Assembly (NCBI GenBank): GCA_944373095.1 | Contig: CALWAK010000003.1 | Span: forward strand, 1-48,094 | Length of the DNA stretch: 48,094 nucleotides | Direction: 5' to 3' | Source: an uncultured Bacilli bacterium | Lineage (GTDB): Bacteria > Bacillota_I > Bacilli_A > RF39 > UBA660 | Part shown: positions 29,498 through 40,117 of the stretch, in pieces | How positions within the stretch are numbered: position 1 is the stretch's first letter | Layout: the number at the start of each line of letters is the position of its first letter | Position numbers and translations under genes: made by a program | Notes under the pieces: generated by a model | What the model was told of the DNA's origin: nothing | Database searches by the model: none | The model's input: the letters and a program-made list of their open reading frames with translations, nothing else

Positions 29498-30871
29498 CTA
29501 TAGAACATCATAGTCATTTTTTGTTTCTTTAATATTAGTTGTTTTACCTAGTAAAGCATTTTTTATTTCAATTTCATCATCACCAAGATCATCTTCAATA
29601 TCAGTTAATCTTAAGATTTCTTCAAAACTTGTATCACCATTTAGTACTTTTTGTAAACCATCTTTTAAAATAGAAATAGTGTGGTCATCTTTATATACTA
29701 GTTTTCTTAATTCATCTTTTCTAACATTGTTTACAATAGCATCTCTTATATCTTGATTTAAATTAAGTACTTCATGAATAGCAATTCTTCCCATGTATCC
29801 TTCAATACAATCTTTACAACCAACTGGATTATATATTTTTTCAACATCTTGATTCATTACCATTTTAAATACTATTTTTTCATATTGGGTAGTTGGCATT
29901 AATTTACGACATTTGGTACATAATTTTTTAGCTAATCTTTGAGATATAATTCCAACTAAAGCTGTACCAAGTAAGTATCTTTCTACATCCATATCAAGTA
30001 AACGCTCAATTGTATTTAAGGAGTTATTAGTGTGTAGGGTAGATAAAACTAGGTGACCAGTAATTGATGCACGAACGGCAATACGAGCAGTTTCATCATC
30101 ACGAATTTCTCCAATCATTATTACATCTGGGTCTTGTCGTAAGATACTTCTTAAAGCAGCAGCAAAATCTAAGCCAATATCACTCATAACTTGAACTTGA
30201 TTTAGCCCTGGTATTTTCATTTCGACTGGATCTTCAACAGTAATTAAGTTAGTATCAGTTCGATTTAGTTTTTGTAGCATAGCGTATACTGTAGTTGATT
30301 TACCACTACCAGTAGCACCAGTAACTAAAATTATACCATTAGGTACTGCTATCATCTTTAAAATTTTATCTAAGTTTATTTTAGAAAGACCTAAAGCCTC
30401 TATACCGGCAAGACTTCTTGAATAATCTAAAATACGAATAACTATTTTTTCACCATCTACTATAGGTAATGATGAAACACGCATATCAATTGGAGAGCCT
30501 TTATGTTCCATTTTAATCGCACCGTCTTGTGGTAGACGTGTTTCAGTAATATTCATATTAGAAATTATTTTAATACGAGTTGTTAAATTCTTTTTTACGC
30601 TAGCAGGTACAACTGCGTAATTTATTAAACTACCATCTATTCTAACACGAATATTTAAAGTATCTGGTGTTGGATCAAAGTGGATATCAGATACTCTTTT
30701 TTCTACGGCATCTAATATAATTTCGTTAGCTAAATCAACGATAGGCATTTTTTCATAATCATAAGTTTTAAATATATTTTCAGATAATTTAGTCATATCT
30801 TCTTGTTTAAATGTTACATTATTAAATTCATCTACACTAGTTATAGTAGCAGTATTACTATTATTCATCAC
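29498..30871 (-). CDS. GspE/PilB-family type IV pilus assembly ATPase
   Basis: SDIHF, RIDG, RLPQDG, Walker A GATGSGKST, TVEDPVE, LRQDPDVIMIGEIRD, TGHLVLSTLH, two CxxC. Confidence 0.96.
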   Translation of the reverse strand: MMNNSNTATITSVDEFNNVTFKQEDMTKLSENIFKTYDYEKMPIVDLANEIILDAVEKRVSDIHFDPTPDTLNIRVRIDGSLINYAVVPASVKKNLTTRIKIISNMNITETRLPQDGAIKMEHKGSPIDMRVSSLPIVDGEKIVIRILDYSRSLAGIEALGLSKINLDKILKMIAVPNGIILVTGATGSGKSTTVYAMLQKLNRTDTNLITVEDPVEMKIPGLNQVQVMSDIGLDFAAALRSILRQDPDVIMIGEIRDDETARIAVRASITGHLVLSTLHTNNSLNTIERLLDMDVERYLLGTALVGIISQRLAKKLCTKCRKLMPTTQYEKIVFKMVMNQDVEKIYNPVGCKDCIEGYMGRIAIHEVLNLNQDIRDAIVNNVRKDELRKLVYKDDHTISILKDGLQKVLNGDTSFEEILRLTDIEDDLGDDEIEIKNALLGKTTNIKETKNDYDVL

Positions 30872-30973
30872 TTTCCTCCAATCCCTATCTTTAATAATTA
30901 TACAATATCTTTTTATTTCTTACAATGATATTAATTAAATAATTTTAATGGTATAATTTACTTGGAGTTAAAT

Positions 30974-31606
30974 ATGAAAAAATTAGATATTATTTATGAA
31001 GATAAAGAATTATTAGTTGTTAATAAACCAACTAAATTATTAACTATTGCAGATAGTAAAGAAAAATTTAAAACTTTATATCATGAAGTAAGAGAATATT
31101 TGCATAAGAAAAATCAAAAGGTATTTATAGTTCATCGGTTAGATAAGGATACTTCAGGTATAGTATTATTTGCTAAAAATGAAAAGTTAAAAAAACTTTT
31201 ACAAGATAATTGGGCTAATTATTATCGAGAATATATTGCTGTTGTCGAAGGAAAGTTAAATAGTGATAAAGGGGTAATTAAATGTTACTTAAATGAAACT
31301 AAAACTAATTTAGTTTATGTTAGTAATAATAGTAAAGGTAAACTTGCTATTACAGAATATGAAGTATTAAAATCTAATAAAAATTATAGTTTAGTTAAAA
31401 TAATTATTAAAACTGGAAGAAAAAATCAAATTAGAGCTAGTATGTCTTATATAGGAAATCCAATTGTAGGGGATAAAAAATATAATTCTAAATTAGATAC
31501 TTTTAAGAGATTAGCATTACATCATACAAAATTAGAAATAAATCATCCTATAACTAATAAGGTATTAACATTTGTTTCTGAAGTACCTAAAGAATTTAAT
31601 ATATAA
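30974..31606 (+). CDS. RluA-family pseudouridine synthase
   Basis: VNKP, VHRLDKDTSG, TGRKNQIR, PIVGDKKY. Confidence 0.96.
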   Translation: MKKLDIIYEDKELLVVNKPTKLLTIADSKEKFKTLYHEVREYLHKKNQKVFIVHRLDKDTSGIVLFAKNEKLKKLLQDNWANYYREYIAVVEGKLNSDKGVIKCYLNETKTNLVYVSNNSKGKLAITEYEVLKSNKNYSLVKIIIKTGRKNQIRASMSYIGNPIVGDKKYNSKLDTFKRLALHHTKLEINHPITNKVLTFVSEVPKEFNI

Positions 31607-31630
31607 AAAAAGTCTAGATAATCTAGACTT
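31605..31630. terminator. Terminator hairpin between convergent rluA-like gene and tRNA
   Basis: AAGTCTAGAT-A-ATCTAGACTT preceded by an A run. Confidence 0.7.
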
Positions 31631-31642
31631 AAATTTCATAAA

Positions 31643-31718
31643 TGGCGCCTGATGTAGGACTCGAACCTACGACCTAACGGTTAACAGCCGTGCGCTCTAC
31701 CGACTGAGCTAATCAGGC
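31643..31718 (-). tRNA. tRNA-Asn(GTT)
   Basis: Reverse complement GCCTGATTAGCTCAGTCGGTAGAGCGCACGGCTGTTAACCGTTAGGTCGTAGGTTCGAGTCCTACATCAGGCGCCA; 76 nt, GTT anticodon, encoded CCA. Confidence 0.97.
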
Positions 31719-31729
31719 ATTACTCCTAA

Positions 31730-31759
31730 AGTATACAACATAAAACGCATGTTAGTCAA
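31730..31759 (-). promoter_or_regulatory. Sigma-A promoter of tRNA-Asn
   Basis: TTGACT-18 bp-TATACT on the minus strand. Confidence 0.65.
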
Positions 31760-31859
31760 TACATATTTTATTAATTTCATAAAAAATTTTTTATTCTTTA
31801 AATTATATGTAAATTATGGAATAATATACATATAAATAAAATGTATGGAGATGTTTTGA

Positions 31860-32231
31860 ATGAAAGAAATTAACAAAAATAATTTGGCTAGTTTTATAAG
31901 TTATTATCAAAATTTTCATGATAGTGTTATAACAAGTATTGAATATGATATTATAAATTCCAAAATAAATTTATATATAAATGTATTTTGGAGTGGTAAG
32001 CCTTCTTTAAAAGAAGATGGTAGTTTAGAAACAAATAAATTGAATATGAAAGTAGTTTTTGATGATATTTATCAATGCAATAATAAAGAATTATATTCTT
32101 GGGATTCTATTTATGATGCATATTTAAAATTTATTAAGTTAGATAATGTAGAATATATATGTTTTGCTGATGCTAAAGAAAATCCTAATATTTATATTGT
32201 GTCAAAAAAGATGTTTTATGAAATATTATAA
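31860..32231 (+). CDS. Hypothetical protein (FHD motif, immunity-protein-like)
   Basis: 123-aa ORF with RBS GGAG; NFHDSVITSI near the N-terminus. Confidence 0.7.
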   Translation: MKEINKNNLASFISYYQNFHDSVITSIEYDIINSKINLYINVFWSGKPSLKEDGSLETNKLNMKVVFDDIYQCNNKELYSWDSIYDAYLKFIKLDNVEYICFADAKENPNIYIVSKKMFYEIL

Positions 32232-32270
32232 TTAATATATGTTATAATATTATTAGATTAGTGAGGATTT

Positions 32271-33932
32271 ATGAAAAAAATTATTTATAGTTTTATTTTA
32301 TTTTTTGTAGGTAATGTAGTAGTTTTAGCCAATAGTTATGATTTAATTGATATGGATATTTATATTGATTCGAACGGGGATGCTCATGTAAAGGAAAATA
32401 TTAGTTATGATAGTAGTAAAAATACTGAAATATATCATAGTTATAAAGATTTAGGTAATAGTGAAATTACTAATTTTACAGTAAAAGATTCAACTGGTAG
32501 GGATTATACTTATTTAAGTAATTGGAATGTTAATGGTAGTTTTTCAGATAAAAGTTATAAATATGGGTATAACTACATAAGTGATGGAGTAGAGTTATGT
32601 TTAGGTATAAGTCATTATGGTAAATATACATATTATTTAAGTTATACTATTACTGATTTTATTAAAAACTTAACTGATTCTCAATTACTTTATTGGAATT
32701 TAATACCTACATCAAGTGAAAAAAGATATGCGTATGATATAAAGATCTATGCTGATCAAGAATTTTTAGATACTTTAGATGTCTGGGGATTTGGTGATTA
32801 CGGAGCTTATGCTTATGTTAGTGATGGATATATAACTTTAGCAAGTGATGATTCATTGGATAGTGATGAATATGTTACTGTATTAGTTAAGTTTCCACAA
32901 GATTATTTTAATGCTGATGATAATTTGAATCATGATTTTAATTATTACTTAAATATGGCTGAAGAAGGAAGTACTAAATATAGTGATAAAACTTCTATAA
33001 TCTCTACAATTATTGCTATCTTACTTCAATTATTATTTTGGGGATTTATGTGTTATATGATTTATTTAAGTATGCGTAATGCAAAACCATTTGGTAGTAG
33101 AGTAGGTAATAAAAAAATAAATAAAAAAGCTCCATATTTTAGAGATTTACCTTGTAATAAAGATATTAAAAAAGCCTATTTTATAGGTAGTGAATATAAT
33201 GTTGTTAATAAAGATACTAATTTATTTGGGGCAGTTCTTTTAAAATGGTTAAAGTCTGGTAATATAGAAATTATAAAAGTTGAAAAAGATGGAATATTTA
33301 AGAAGGAAGAAAATAAAATAAAATTAATTTCAGAAGTACCAGATTCTTTAGAAAATGAATTATATAAATATATGTATAAAGCATCAAAAGATGGTATATT
33401 AGAGAGTAAAGAATTTGAAAAATGGTGTAAGAGTAATTATTATAAAATATATGATTGGTTTACCAAGGTTATTGATAATGAAATAAAATACTACTTAGAT
33501 AGTGGATTAATTATTAATAATCCTAAAAAAATAAGTCTAAAAAAATACTTAGCAACTCCTACATTAGATGAAGAAGGTAGCAAAGTAATTGGATTAAAAA
33601 ATTATTTAAATAATTTTGGCTCAATTAAAGATAAGAATGCTATCGAAGTTAAATTATGGCAAGAATATTTAATGTTTGCCCAAATATTTGGTATTGCTGA
33701 TAAAGTAGCTAAAGAATTTAAAGAATTATACCCTGAATATTTAGAAAATTTTGAAGATCAATATAGTGATATTTTAATTTTAAATACTTTTTCATATCGT
33801 AGTGTAGGTCAAGTAAGTAAGGCTTATCATGCCGCTCAAGCTAGAAGCTATTCATCTGGTGGTGGTGGCTTCTCATCAGGCGGCGGAGGCGGTGGATCTT
33901 TCGGTGGCGGCGGCTCTATGGGCTCTAGATAA
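32271..33932 (+). CDS. DUF2207-family membrane protein
   Basis: Signal peptide, DGDAHV.E, LYWN, TM, WQEYLMFA..FG.A, Gly-rich C-terminal tail. Confidence 0.92.
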   Translation: MKKIIYSFILFFVGNVVVLANSYDLIDMDIYIDSNGDAHVKENISYDSSKNTEIYHSYKDLGNSEITNFTVKDSTGRDYTYLSNWNVNGSFSDKSYKYGYNYISDGVELCLGISHYGKYTYYLSYTITDFIKNLTDSQLLYWNLIPTSSEKRYAYDIKIYADQEFLDTLDVWGFGDYGAYAYVSDGYITLASDDSLDSDEYVTVLVKFPQDYFNADDNLNHDFNYYLNMAEEGSTKYSDKTSIISTIIAILLQLLFWGFMCYMIYLSMRNAKPFGSRVGNKKINKKAPYFRDLPCNKDIKKAYFIGSEYNVVNKDTNLFGAVLLKWLKSGNIEIIKVEKDGIFKKEENKIKLISEVPDSLENELYKYMYKASKDGILESKEFEKWCKSNYYKIYDWFTKVIDNEIKYYLDSGLIINNPKKISLKKYLATPTLDEEGSKVIGLKNYLNNFGSIKDKNAIEVKLWQEYLMFAQIFGIADKVAKEFKELYPEYLENFEDQYSDILILNTFSYRSVGQVSKAYHAAQARSYSSGGGGFSSGGGGGGSFGGGGSMGSR

Positions 33933-33957
33933 CTAGTTAAAATTAACTAGTTTTTTT
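33931..33957 (+). terminator. Intrinsic terminator
   Basis: AACTAGTTAA-AA-TTAACTAGTTTTTTT. Confidence 0.8.
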
Positions 33958-34017
33958 CTACCTTTTTTGACAAATTAAGACATAGATAAGATGCTACTAT
34001 CATATTAGGTGAATTAT

Positions 34018-34992
34018 ATGAAAAAGTATCTTTTTTTATTATTATTTTTATTTAGTATTAAAGTATATGCATTAGAAAGTAATATTGAGTGTGAAGAAAA
34101 TATATGTAATATTTATTATACTATTAATGAAAATTATAATTTAGATGAATTAAATATTAATATTAATGATTTAAATTTAATAGAAGGTAATTATTATAAT
34201 ATTACAATAAATAATTTAAGTAATATTAAATATAATTATATTAATAATTCTTTAACAACTAATATAGTTTATAGATGTAATACTTCTGAACCATTAATGT
34301 ATTTATTTGATGGTATCCCTTTAGCAAAAGAATATATGAGTGATGATATAATTGATAAAAAATTAAAAGTAATTGGTTATAATAACGGTATTAAAGATTT
34401 ATATTTATATTACCTAGATTATATTAATAAAAATTATAATGAAAATTATAAAAATATCATGGATATTTCCCAAGAATATTTTAAAAAAATATGGCCAGAT
34501 AATTATGATAATTATTTAATTTTAGAAACTAATAGTGAATTAATAAATTTATATAATAGTAATGCTCTTGATTCTATAAGTATATTACCTAATAGTACAT
34601 CTAGTATTTATAATTTTTATTATAAACTTAATACTAATTTAGATTTAAACTTTAGAAAAGATAGTAAATTTGGTAGTATTAATATTTATTATACAGATAC
34701 TTTAGGTAACTATTTAATTGATAAAGAAGTTTTAAGTGGTGCTATTAATGAAGATTATGAAATAAAAGAAAAAAAATTTGATAATTATTATTTAGTCGAA
34801 ATTAAAGGTGATGCTGTAGGTAATTTTGATAACACAAATAAAGATGTATATTTTATATATGATTTAAAAAATACCGAAGATTTAGTATTTAAAGAAAGTA
34901 ATAATATAGATTATTTAACAGATAATAAACATTCTTATTTTTATAATTTAATGTCATTAATAATCTTAGTTATATTATGGTTAAAAAGATGA
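34018..34992 (+). CDS. Surface protein with MucBP-like domain and C-terminal anchor
   Basis: Signal peptide (VYA), GSINIYYTD..GN.L....LSG....Y....K.F..Y.L.....G.F....V.FIY, C-terminal TM plus KR. Confidence 0.8.
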   Translation: MKKYLFLLLFLFSIKVYALESNIECEENICNIYYTINENYNLDELNININDLNLIEGNYYNITINNLSNIKYNYINNSLTTNIVYRCNTSEPLMYLFDGIPLAKEYMSDDIIDKKLKVIGYNNGIKDLYLYYLDYINKNYNENYKNIMDISQEYFKKIWPDNYDNYLILETNSELINLYNSNALDSISILPNSTSSIYNFYYKLNTNLDLNFRKDSKFGSINIYYTDTLGNYLIDKEVLSGAINEDYEIKEKKFDNYYLVEIKGDAVGNFDNTNKDVYFIYDLKNTEDLVFKESNNIDYLTDNKHSYFYNLMSLIILVILWLKR

Positions 34993-35310
34993 AGAAAAAG
35001 ATAATAAGTATTTTAATAATAATTGAATTAATTTTAATATTATTAAATATGTATGATATTAAAATAAGTTATGATGAAAATATTAGAATCAATTACTATA
35101 GAAAGTAACTATGTTAGTATTTAAACGAAGATATAGTATATTATATAAAATTGTGTAATTAGAACAAGAATGATTCTTACTTAAATTCTAATAATATTAT
35201 AATTATAAATTATTATGGAATAGATATATGTTATAAAATTATAGATATAATGGATAATATTATATTTACAAACTTGTAATTAAAATATATTGGTTGTTTA
35301 TTATTATTAG
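34989..35310 (+). pseudogene. Probable sortase remnant
   Basis: ATGA-coupled 39-aa ORF with an N-terminal TM (34989..35108), then broken fragments LNSNNIIIINYYG...YKIIDI and ILYLQTCN (35257-35280). Confidence 0.45.
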
Positions 35311-35364
35311 TTGCTACTAAAATATAAATTGTGCTATAATTGAAACGTAAGGAGATAAAGTTGT

Positions 35365-36045
35365 ATGAACGATGAACCAATAAATTTAAGTAAATTTGTA
35401 GAAATTAAGGAAGATGTTGAGTTTATGACAGAAAAACATCGTAAAGATTACTTAAACAGAATGGCTGGTAAAAGTGTTGGAAATAAAAAAGAAAGTGCAC
35501 GTAAAGGAGAGAAAAAAATACCAAGAAGTCTTTTTATAAAATTGATGCTTGCCGCTATGGCTGGAGCCGCTGCTGCTTTAGCAGGTCAAAAAGTTATTCA
35601 AAGTGGTAGTCGCGCTTTAAATTTAAATAATGCTATAAAATACATGAATGATGTTAAATTTAAAGAGTACTTTGAAAGATTAGGATTAGAATATAGTACT
35701 GAAGATTTTTTAATGTGGAGTAAAGTTAATATACCAAGCGATAATTTAGCTATAATGCAAAATTTAATAGATTTTTTAATTGAAGATGGTTTTACAGAAA
35801 CTGAAGCTTGGTATGCGATTAGTGCATCATTTGGTAATGATGGATTAAGTTTAGTTGCTAATCTTTATGGTAAAGATAATATTGAAGATTTTTTAGTTAG
35901 TAATGGTTATTTTCATAAAAGAGAAGATGGAACAAAAAAAGCATCAGCTGTTTCATTAGGAAATTATTGTGAAGATGGCTATGCTAATAATGTTTATAAT
36001 TTAATGGAAAGACAAGAAAATGAAGAAAAAGGCAAGGGATTATAA
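35365..36045 (+). CDS. Hypothetical single-TM protein
   Basis: RBS AAGGAG; basic segment followed by an Ala-rich helix LMLAAMAGAAAALAG. Confidence 0.8.
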   Translation: MNDEPINLSKFVEIKEDVEFMTEKHRKDYLNRMAGKSVGNKKESARKGEKKIPRSLFIKLMLAAMAGAAAALAGQKVIQSGSRALNLNNAIKYMNDVKFKEYFERLGLEYSTEDFLMWSKVNIPSDNLAIMQNLIDFLIEDGFTETEAWYAISASFGNDGLSLVANLYGKDNIEDFLVSNGYFHKREDGTKKASAVSLGNYCEDGYANNVYNLMERQENEEKGKGL

Positions 36046-36251
36046 TGGTAAGTGTTGATTATTATATAATCGATAATAAAATATATTTAGTTTTAAATAA
36101 AAAAGAGTTTAATGGAAGTACTTACGTTTATTTGGCAAATGAAATGGATTCAGCAGATATGATAGTAAGAAAATTAATTGATGAAGATACTTTAAAAATG
36201 TTAGATTCTAAAGAAGAATTAATGAATGTATTGGCATTATTTATAAAATAA
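36045..36251 (+). CDS. Small hypothetical protein (possibly DUF1292-like)
   Basis: Coupled start; Y.YL.NE....D..VRKL......L....E...V...F pattern. Confidence 0.7.
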   Translation: MVSVDYYIIDNKIYLVLNKKEFNGSTYVYLANEMDSADMIVRKLIDEDTLKMLDSKEELMNVLALFIK

Positions 36252-36275
36252 CTAGGATTATCCTAGTTTTTCTTT
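36250..36275 (+). terminator. Intrinsic terminator
   Basis: AACTAGGA-TTA-TCCTAGTTTTT. Confidence 0.75.
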
Positions 36276-36320
36276 AATAAAAAAATATTTCGTGTTACAA
36301 TTTTCTTGTAAGAGGTTTAT

Positions 36321-36758
36321 ATGGATGTAAATTTTAATATTGAAGATTTTATATTAACTGGTACTATATCATATTATGATTTAAATAGCCAGGTATTTAT
36401 AAAAATAGGTAAAAATATTTTTATGAGTGATAAATTAAATTTACATACTATTAACGAAAAATTATTTATGAAAAAATTAAATAATGATATTTTAATTTTA
36501 TTATATAAATATTTAAATACTTATAATGTAAATAAAATAGTTCTTACTATTAAAGAAAATGTTGGTCAAATAGTATATAAAGATACTTTTATTTATTTAA
36601 CATTGGGTTTAAATGTTTTAGATTTATTAGTAGATACTTTATCTGATTTAGATAATATACCAAAGATAACTATTATATGTGATGATGAAGAAAAAGAAAA
36701 ATTAGCTAGTAATTATTTAAGTAGTTTATATAATAAGAAATTAAAATTAATAAAATAA
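36321..36758 (+). CDS. Hypothetical protein
   Basis: RBS AGAGG; 145 aa; ends KKLKLIK. Confidence 0.75.
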   Translation: MDVNFNIEDFILTGTISYYDLNSQVFIKIGKNIFMSDKLNLHTINEKLFMKKLNNDILILLYKYLNTYNVNKIVLTIKENVGQIVYKDTFIYLTLGLNVLDLLVDTLSDLDNIPKITIICDDEEKEKLASNYLSSLYNKKLKLIK

Positions 36759-36774
36759 GAGTAGGAGAGTTTAT

Positions 36775-38160
36775 ATGAAAACAGATATGGAAAAAATTGT
36801 AAATTTTTGTAAAAATTATGGCTTTGTATTTCCTGGTAGTGAAATATATGGTGGGCTTGCTAATGCTTGGGATTTTGGGCCATTAGGTAGAGAGCTAAAA
36901 GAAAATATAAAGAAGTTATGGTGGAAAAGATTTATTCAAGAAAATAAATTTAATTATGGATTAGATGCTGCGATACTAATGAATCCAAATGTATGGGTAG
37001 CATCTGGACATGTTGCTTCCTTTGCAGATCCATTAATTGATTGCCGTAAGTGTAAATCAAGATATCGTGCTGATAAATTAATCGAAGATTATTTTAAAGA
37101 AAATGATATTAGTGGTAGTGCAGATGGTTGGAGTAATGAAGAATTAGTAAGTTATATTAAAGAACAAAATATTGTTTGTCCTAAGTGTGGTGCTAATGAC
37201 TTTACTGATATTCGCCAATTTAATTTATTATTTGAAACTAGTCAAGGAGTAACTCAGGATACTAAATCTAAAATTTATTTAAGAGGTGAAACAGCTCAAG
37301 GTATATTTGTTAACTTTTTAAATGTTCAAAGAACTATGCGTGCAAAAGTACCATTTGGTATTGGTCAAATTGGTAAGAGTTTTAGAAATGAGATTACACC
37401 AGGAAACTTTATATTTAGAGTTAGAGAATTTGAACAAATGGAATTAGAGTTTTTTTGTAAACCTAATACTGATTTAGAATGGTTTGGTTACTATAAATCA
37501 TATTGTAATGATTTTTTGAAAGATTTAGGAATAAAAAAAGAAAATTTAAGAAATAGGGATCATGCTAAAGAAGAGTTATCTTTTTATTCAAAGGCAACTA
37601 CTGATATAGAATATAATTATCCTTTTGGTTGGGGAGAATTATGGGGAATTGCTGATCGTACTGATTATGATTTAAGTACGCATATGACTCATTCTACTAA
37701 AGATTTAAGATATTTAGATCCAGAGACTAATGAAAAATACTTACCATATGTTATTGAGCCATCTGTTGGGGTAGAACGCTTATTTTTAGCTGTTATATGT
37801 GATGCTTATGAAGAAGAAATGCTTGAGGGTGGAGAAACTAGAGAAGTCCTACATTTAATACCAGCATTAGCACCTATTAAAGCTACAATATTACCACTTG
37901 TAAAGAAACTACATGAAGAAAAAGCTTCAGAAATATTTAATATGTTATCTAAATATTTTAATGTATCAATGGATGTTAGTGGTTCAATTGGTAAGAGATA
38001 TCGTAGAAGTGATGCAATTGGTACACCTATATGTATAACAATAGATGATAATACTTTAAATAATAATACAGTTACTATAAGAGATCGTGATTCTATGGAA
38101 CAAACTACTATTAATATTAATGAGTTAAAAAATTATATTTTAGAAAAAATCACTTTTTAG
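36775..38160 (+). CDS. glyQS: Glycine--tRNA ligase (alpha2 type)
   Basis: EIYGG...[53 protein letters not shown]. Confidence 0.98.
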   Translation: MKTDMEKIVNFCKNYGFVFPGSEIYGGLANAWDFGPLGRELKENIKKLWWKRFIQENKFNYGLDAAILMNPNVWVASGHVASFADPLIDCRKCKSRYRADKLIEDYFKENDISGSADGWSNEELVSYIKEQNIVCPKCGANDFTDIRQFNLLFETSQGVTQDTKSKIYLRGETAQGIFVNFLNVQRTMRAKVPFGIGQIGKSFRNEITPGNFIFRVREFEQMELEFFCKPNTDLEWFGYYKSYCNDFLKDLGIKKENLRNRDHAKEELSFYSKATTDIEYNYPFGWGELWGIADRTDYDLSTHMTHSTKDLRYLDPETNEKYLPYVIEPSVGVERLFLAVICDAYEEEMLEGGETREVLHLIPALAPIKATILPLVKKLHEEKASEIFNMLSKYFNVSMDVSGSIGKRYRRSDAIGTPICITIDDNTLNNNTVTIRDRDSMEQTTININELKNYILEKITF

Positions 38161-38224
38161 TGATTTTTTTTACTAATTATTAAAAATATATGGTATGATT
38201 ATATAGTAAGAAAGTAGGGAATAT

Positions 38225-39991
38225 ATGATTTATAATAAATATAATATACCATTATTAATTATTACAATTTTATTAGTTGTATCAGTTATAACTGGAACTT
38301 CATATTCTTTATGGATTGTAGAAAAATCTCAAACTAATACTAATGTTATTGAATCTGGTTGTTTTTCTATTAGTGTGGTAGAAAATTCAAATTTTAGTTT
38401 AACTAATGCCTATCCAATAAGTGATGCATCAGGTCTAAAAAATACACCATATTCAGTTACAGTTGAAAATACTTGTAGTATTAATTCATTATTAGATTTA
38501 CGAGTTAATGTTCTTTCAACAAGTACAATGAATGCCAATGCTGTAAAAATTGCTTATAGTAGAGATTCAGGAAATACTAGTAATCCGGTATTATTAGGTG
38601 GTTTAAATGATATTAAAGCTAGGGCTTATCCTGATGATAATACATATTCTAATGTTTATGAATTAATAACTGGAGAAGAATTAAAACCGGGAGAAAGTAG
38701 AACCTATAATGTATATATGTGGATGGACATAAATGCAGGAAATGAAAATATGGGTCAAGCTTTAAATGCAAAGATAAGTATTGTAACATCAGCAACTTAT
38801 TTGCTAGATAAGTACGAAGATGAGAGTGGTGCTTCATCTCCTGAATTATATTCTGGATTAATCCCAGTAACTTATAATGATTCAAATGACATAGTTGTTG
38901 CTGATATAACTAGTAAATGGTATAACTATGATAATCATAACTGGGCAAATGCCATCCTTATAGACCAAAGTAATTTAACAACTAAAGCAAAATATCTAAA
39001 TGCTGATGGTTCATTTAAATCTGGTACTCCAGTAGATATATCAGATGTTCTACAAATGTACGTATGGATACCAAGATATAAATATAAGTTATTCAATGTA
39101 GAAGGCGCAATAACAACTGCTCAAATGATTGAAGTCGAATTTGAAAGTAGCGGAACAGCAAAATCAACTGGCTCATCAAATGGCGAGTGGTTAACTCACC
39201 CAGCGTTTACCTTTGGTACAACTGAGTTAGATGGCATATGGGTAGGAAAATTTGAATCAAGTGGAACATCAGTTAATTATGACAGTATTAGTGAAATAAC
39301 CATAATCCCAAATGTATCAAGCATGAGATATCAAACAATTGGAAATATGTTTAATGCATCCCGTGCAATAGAAACAAACGCCAAATATGGTTTATCATCA
39401 GATGAAATAGATACACATATGATGAAGAATATGGAGTGGGGTGCCGTAGCCTATCTAACAAATTCAAAATATGGTAGATATATAAATGAATCAACTTGTA
39501 TAGCTTCTGGGTGTGGAGTATGGTCAAATTCCACTGATTTCATAACAGGTGGAGCTACTGACATTTCTTCTAATGAATTAATAACTTATAAATGGAATAC
39601 AGAAATGGGTGTCAACGCATCAACGACAGGAACTATTTACGGAATCTACGATATGAGTGGTGCAGCAATCGAGTATGTAATGGGGAATATGTTAAATTTA
39701 TCAAACGATTTTTATCAAGCAAATTCTGGTTTGTCACAACCAGAAAGTAAGTATTATGATTCTTATACTTATGGTACTTCTTCTTCAGATATTTTAAGAA
39801 GTCATTTAGGTGACGCAATAAAAGAGGTATATGGTTGGTATGAAAATTTGTTTATTATTGTTAATTCTTCAACTCCTTGGTTTGGACGAGGTGGTGATTA
39901 TAGTATGCCACCTGGAGTTTTTAATAGTATTGCAACAAGTGGTACAGCAGAAGCATTTCTTACATTTCGCGTAGTTATGTCTTCCACATAA
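38225..39991 (+). CDS. Secreted protein: TasA/SipW-type N-terminal region plus FGE/CLec-like C-terminal domain
   Basis: TM-GTSYSLW; L.PGE...Y....W....AGN...G; YVWIPRY, THPAF, WVGKFE, EWGAVAYL, GIYDMSG..EYV, RGG, FRVV. Confidence 0.75.
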   Translation: MIYNKYNIPLLIITILLVVSVITGTSYSLWIVEKSQTNTNVIESGCFSISVVENSNFSLTNAYPISDASGLKNTPYSVTVENTCSINSLLDLRVNVLSTSTMNANAVKIAYSRDSGNTSNPVLLGGLNDIKARAYPDDNTYSNVYELITGEELKPGESRTYNVYMWMDINAGNENMGQALNAKISIVTSATYLLDKYEDESGASSPELYSGLIPVTYNDSNDIVVADITSKWYNYDNHNWANAILIDQSNLTTKAKYLNADGSFKSGTPVDISDVLQMYVWIPRYKYKLFNVEGAITTAQMIEVEFESSGTAKSTGSSNGEWLTHPAFTFGTTELDGIWVGKFESSGTSVNYDSISEITIIPNVSSMRYQTIGNMFNASRAIETNAKYGLSSDEIDTHMMKNMEWGAVAYLTNSKYGRYINESTCIASGCGVWSNSTDFITGGATDISSNELITYKWNTEMGVNASTTGTIYGIYDMSGAAIEYVMGNMLNLSNDFYQANSGLSQPESKYYDSYTYGTSSSDILRSHLGDAIKEVYGWYENLFIIVNSSTPWFGRGGDYSMPPGVFNSIATSGTAEAFLTFRVVMSST

Positions 39992-40117
39992 TTAAGAACC
40001 ATTTTGTAATATACACTACTAGTAAAAGAAACAAATTTCGTGAATAAAAACAAAGATAATAAAGAAAAAACCATAAGCGAGTGCTGCGAGTTATCAACAG
40101 AAAAAAATAAAAAAGAC

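Noticed and set aside
31643-36758. Genomic island integrated at tRNA-Asn
   Set aside because: No integrase or duplicated tRNA 3' end was seen, and the accessory genes lie on the 5' side of the tRNA.
38160-38224. T-box or riboswitch around glyQS
   Set aside because: The flanking intergenic gaps are too short (16 nt upstream) and no T-box consensus was seen.
38225-40117. Complete diversity-generating retroelement
   Set aside because: No reverse transcriptase, template repeat or GC-rich hairpin in the window; only a target-like domain.
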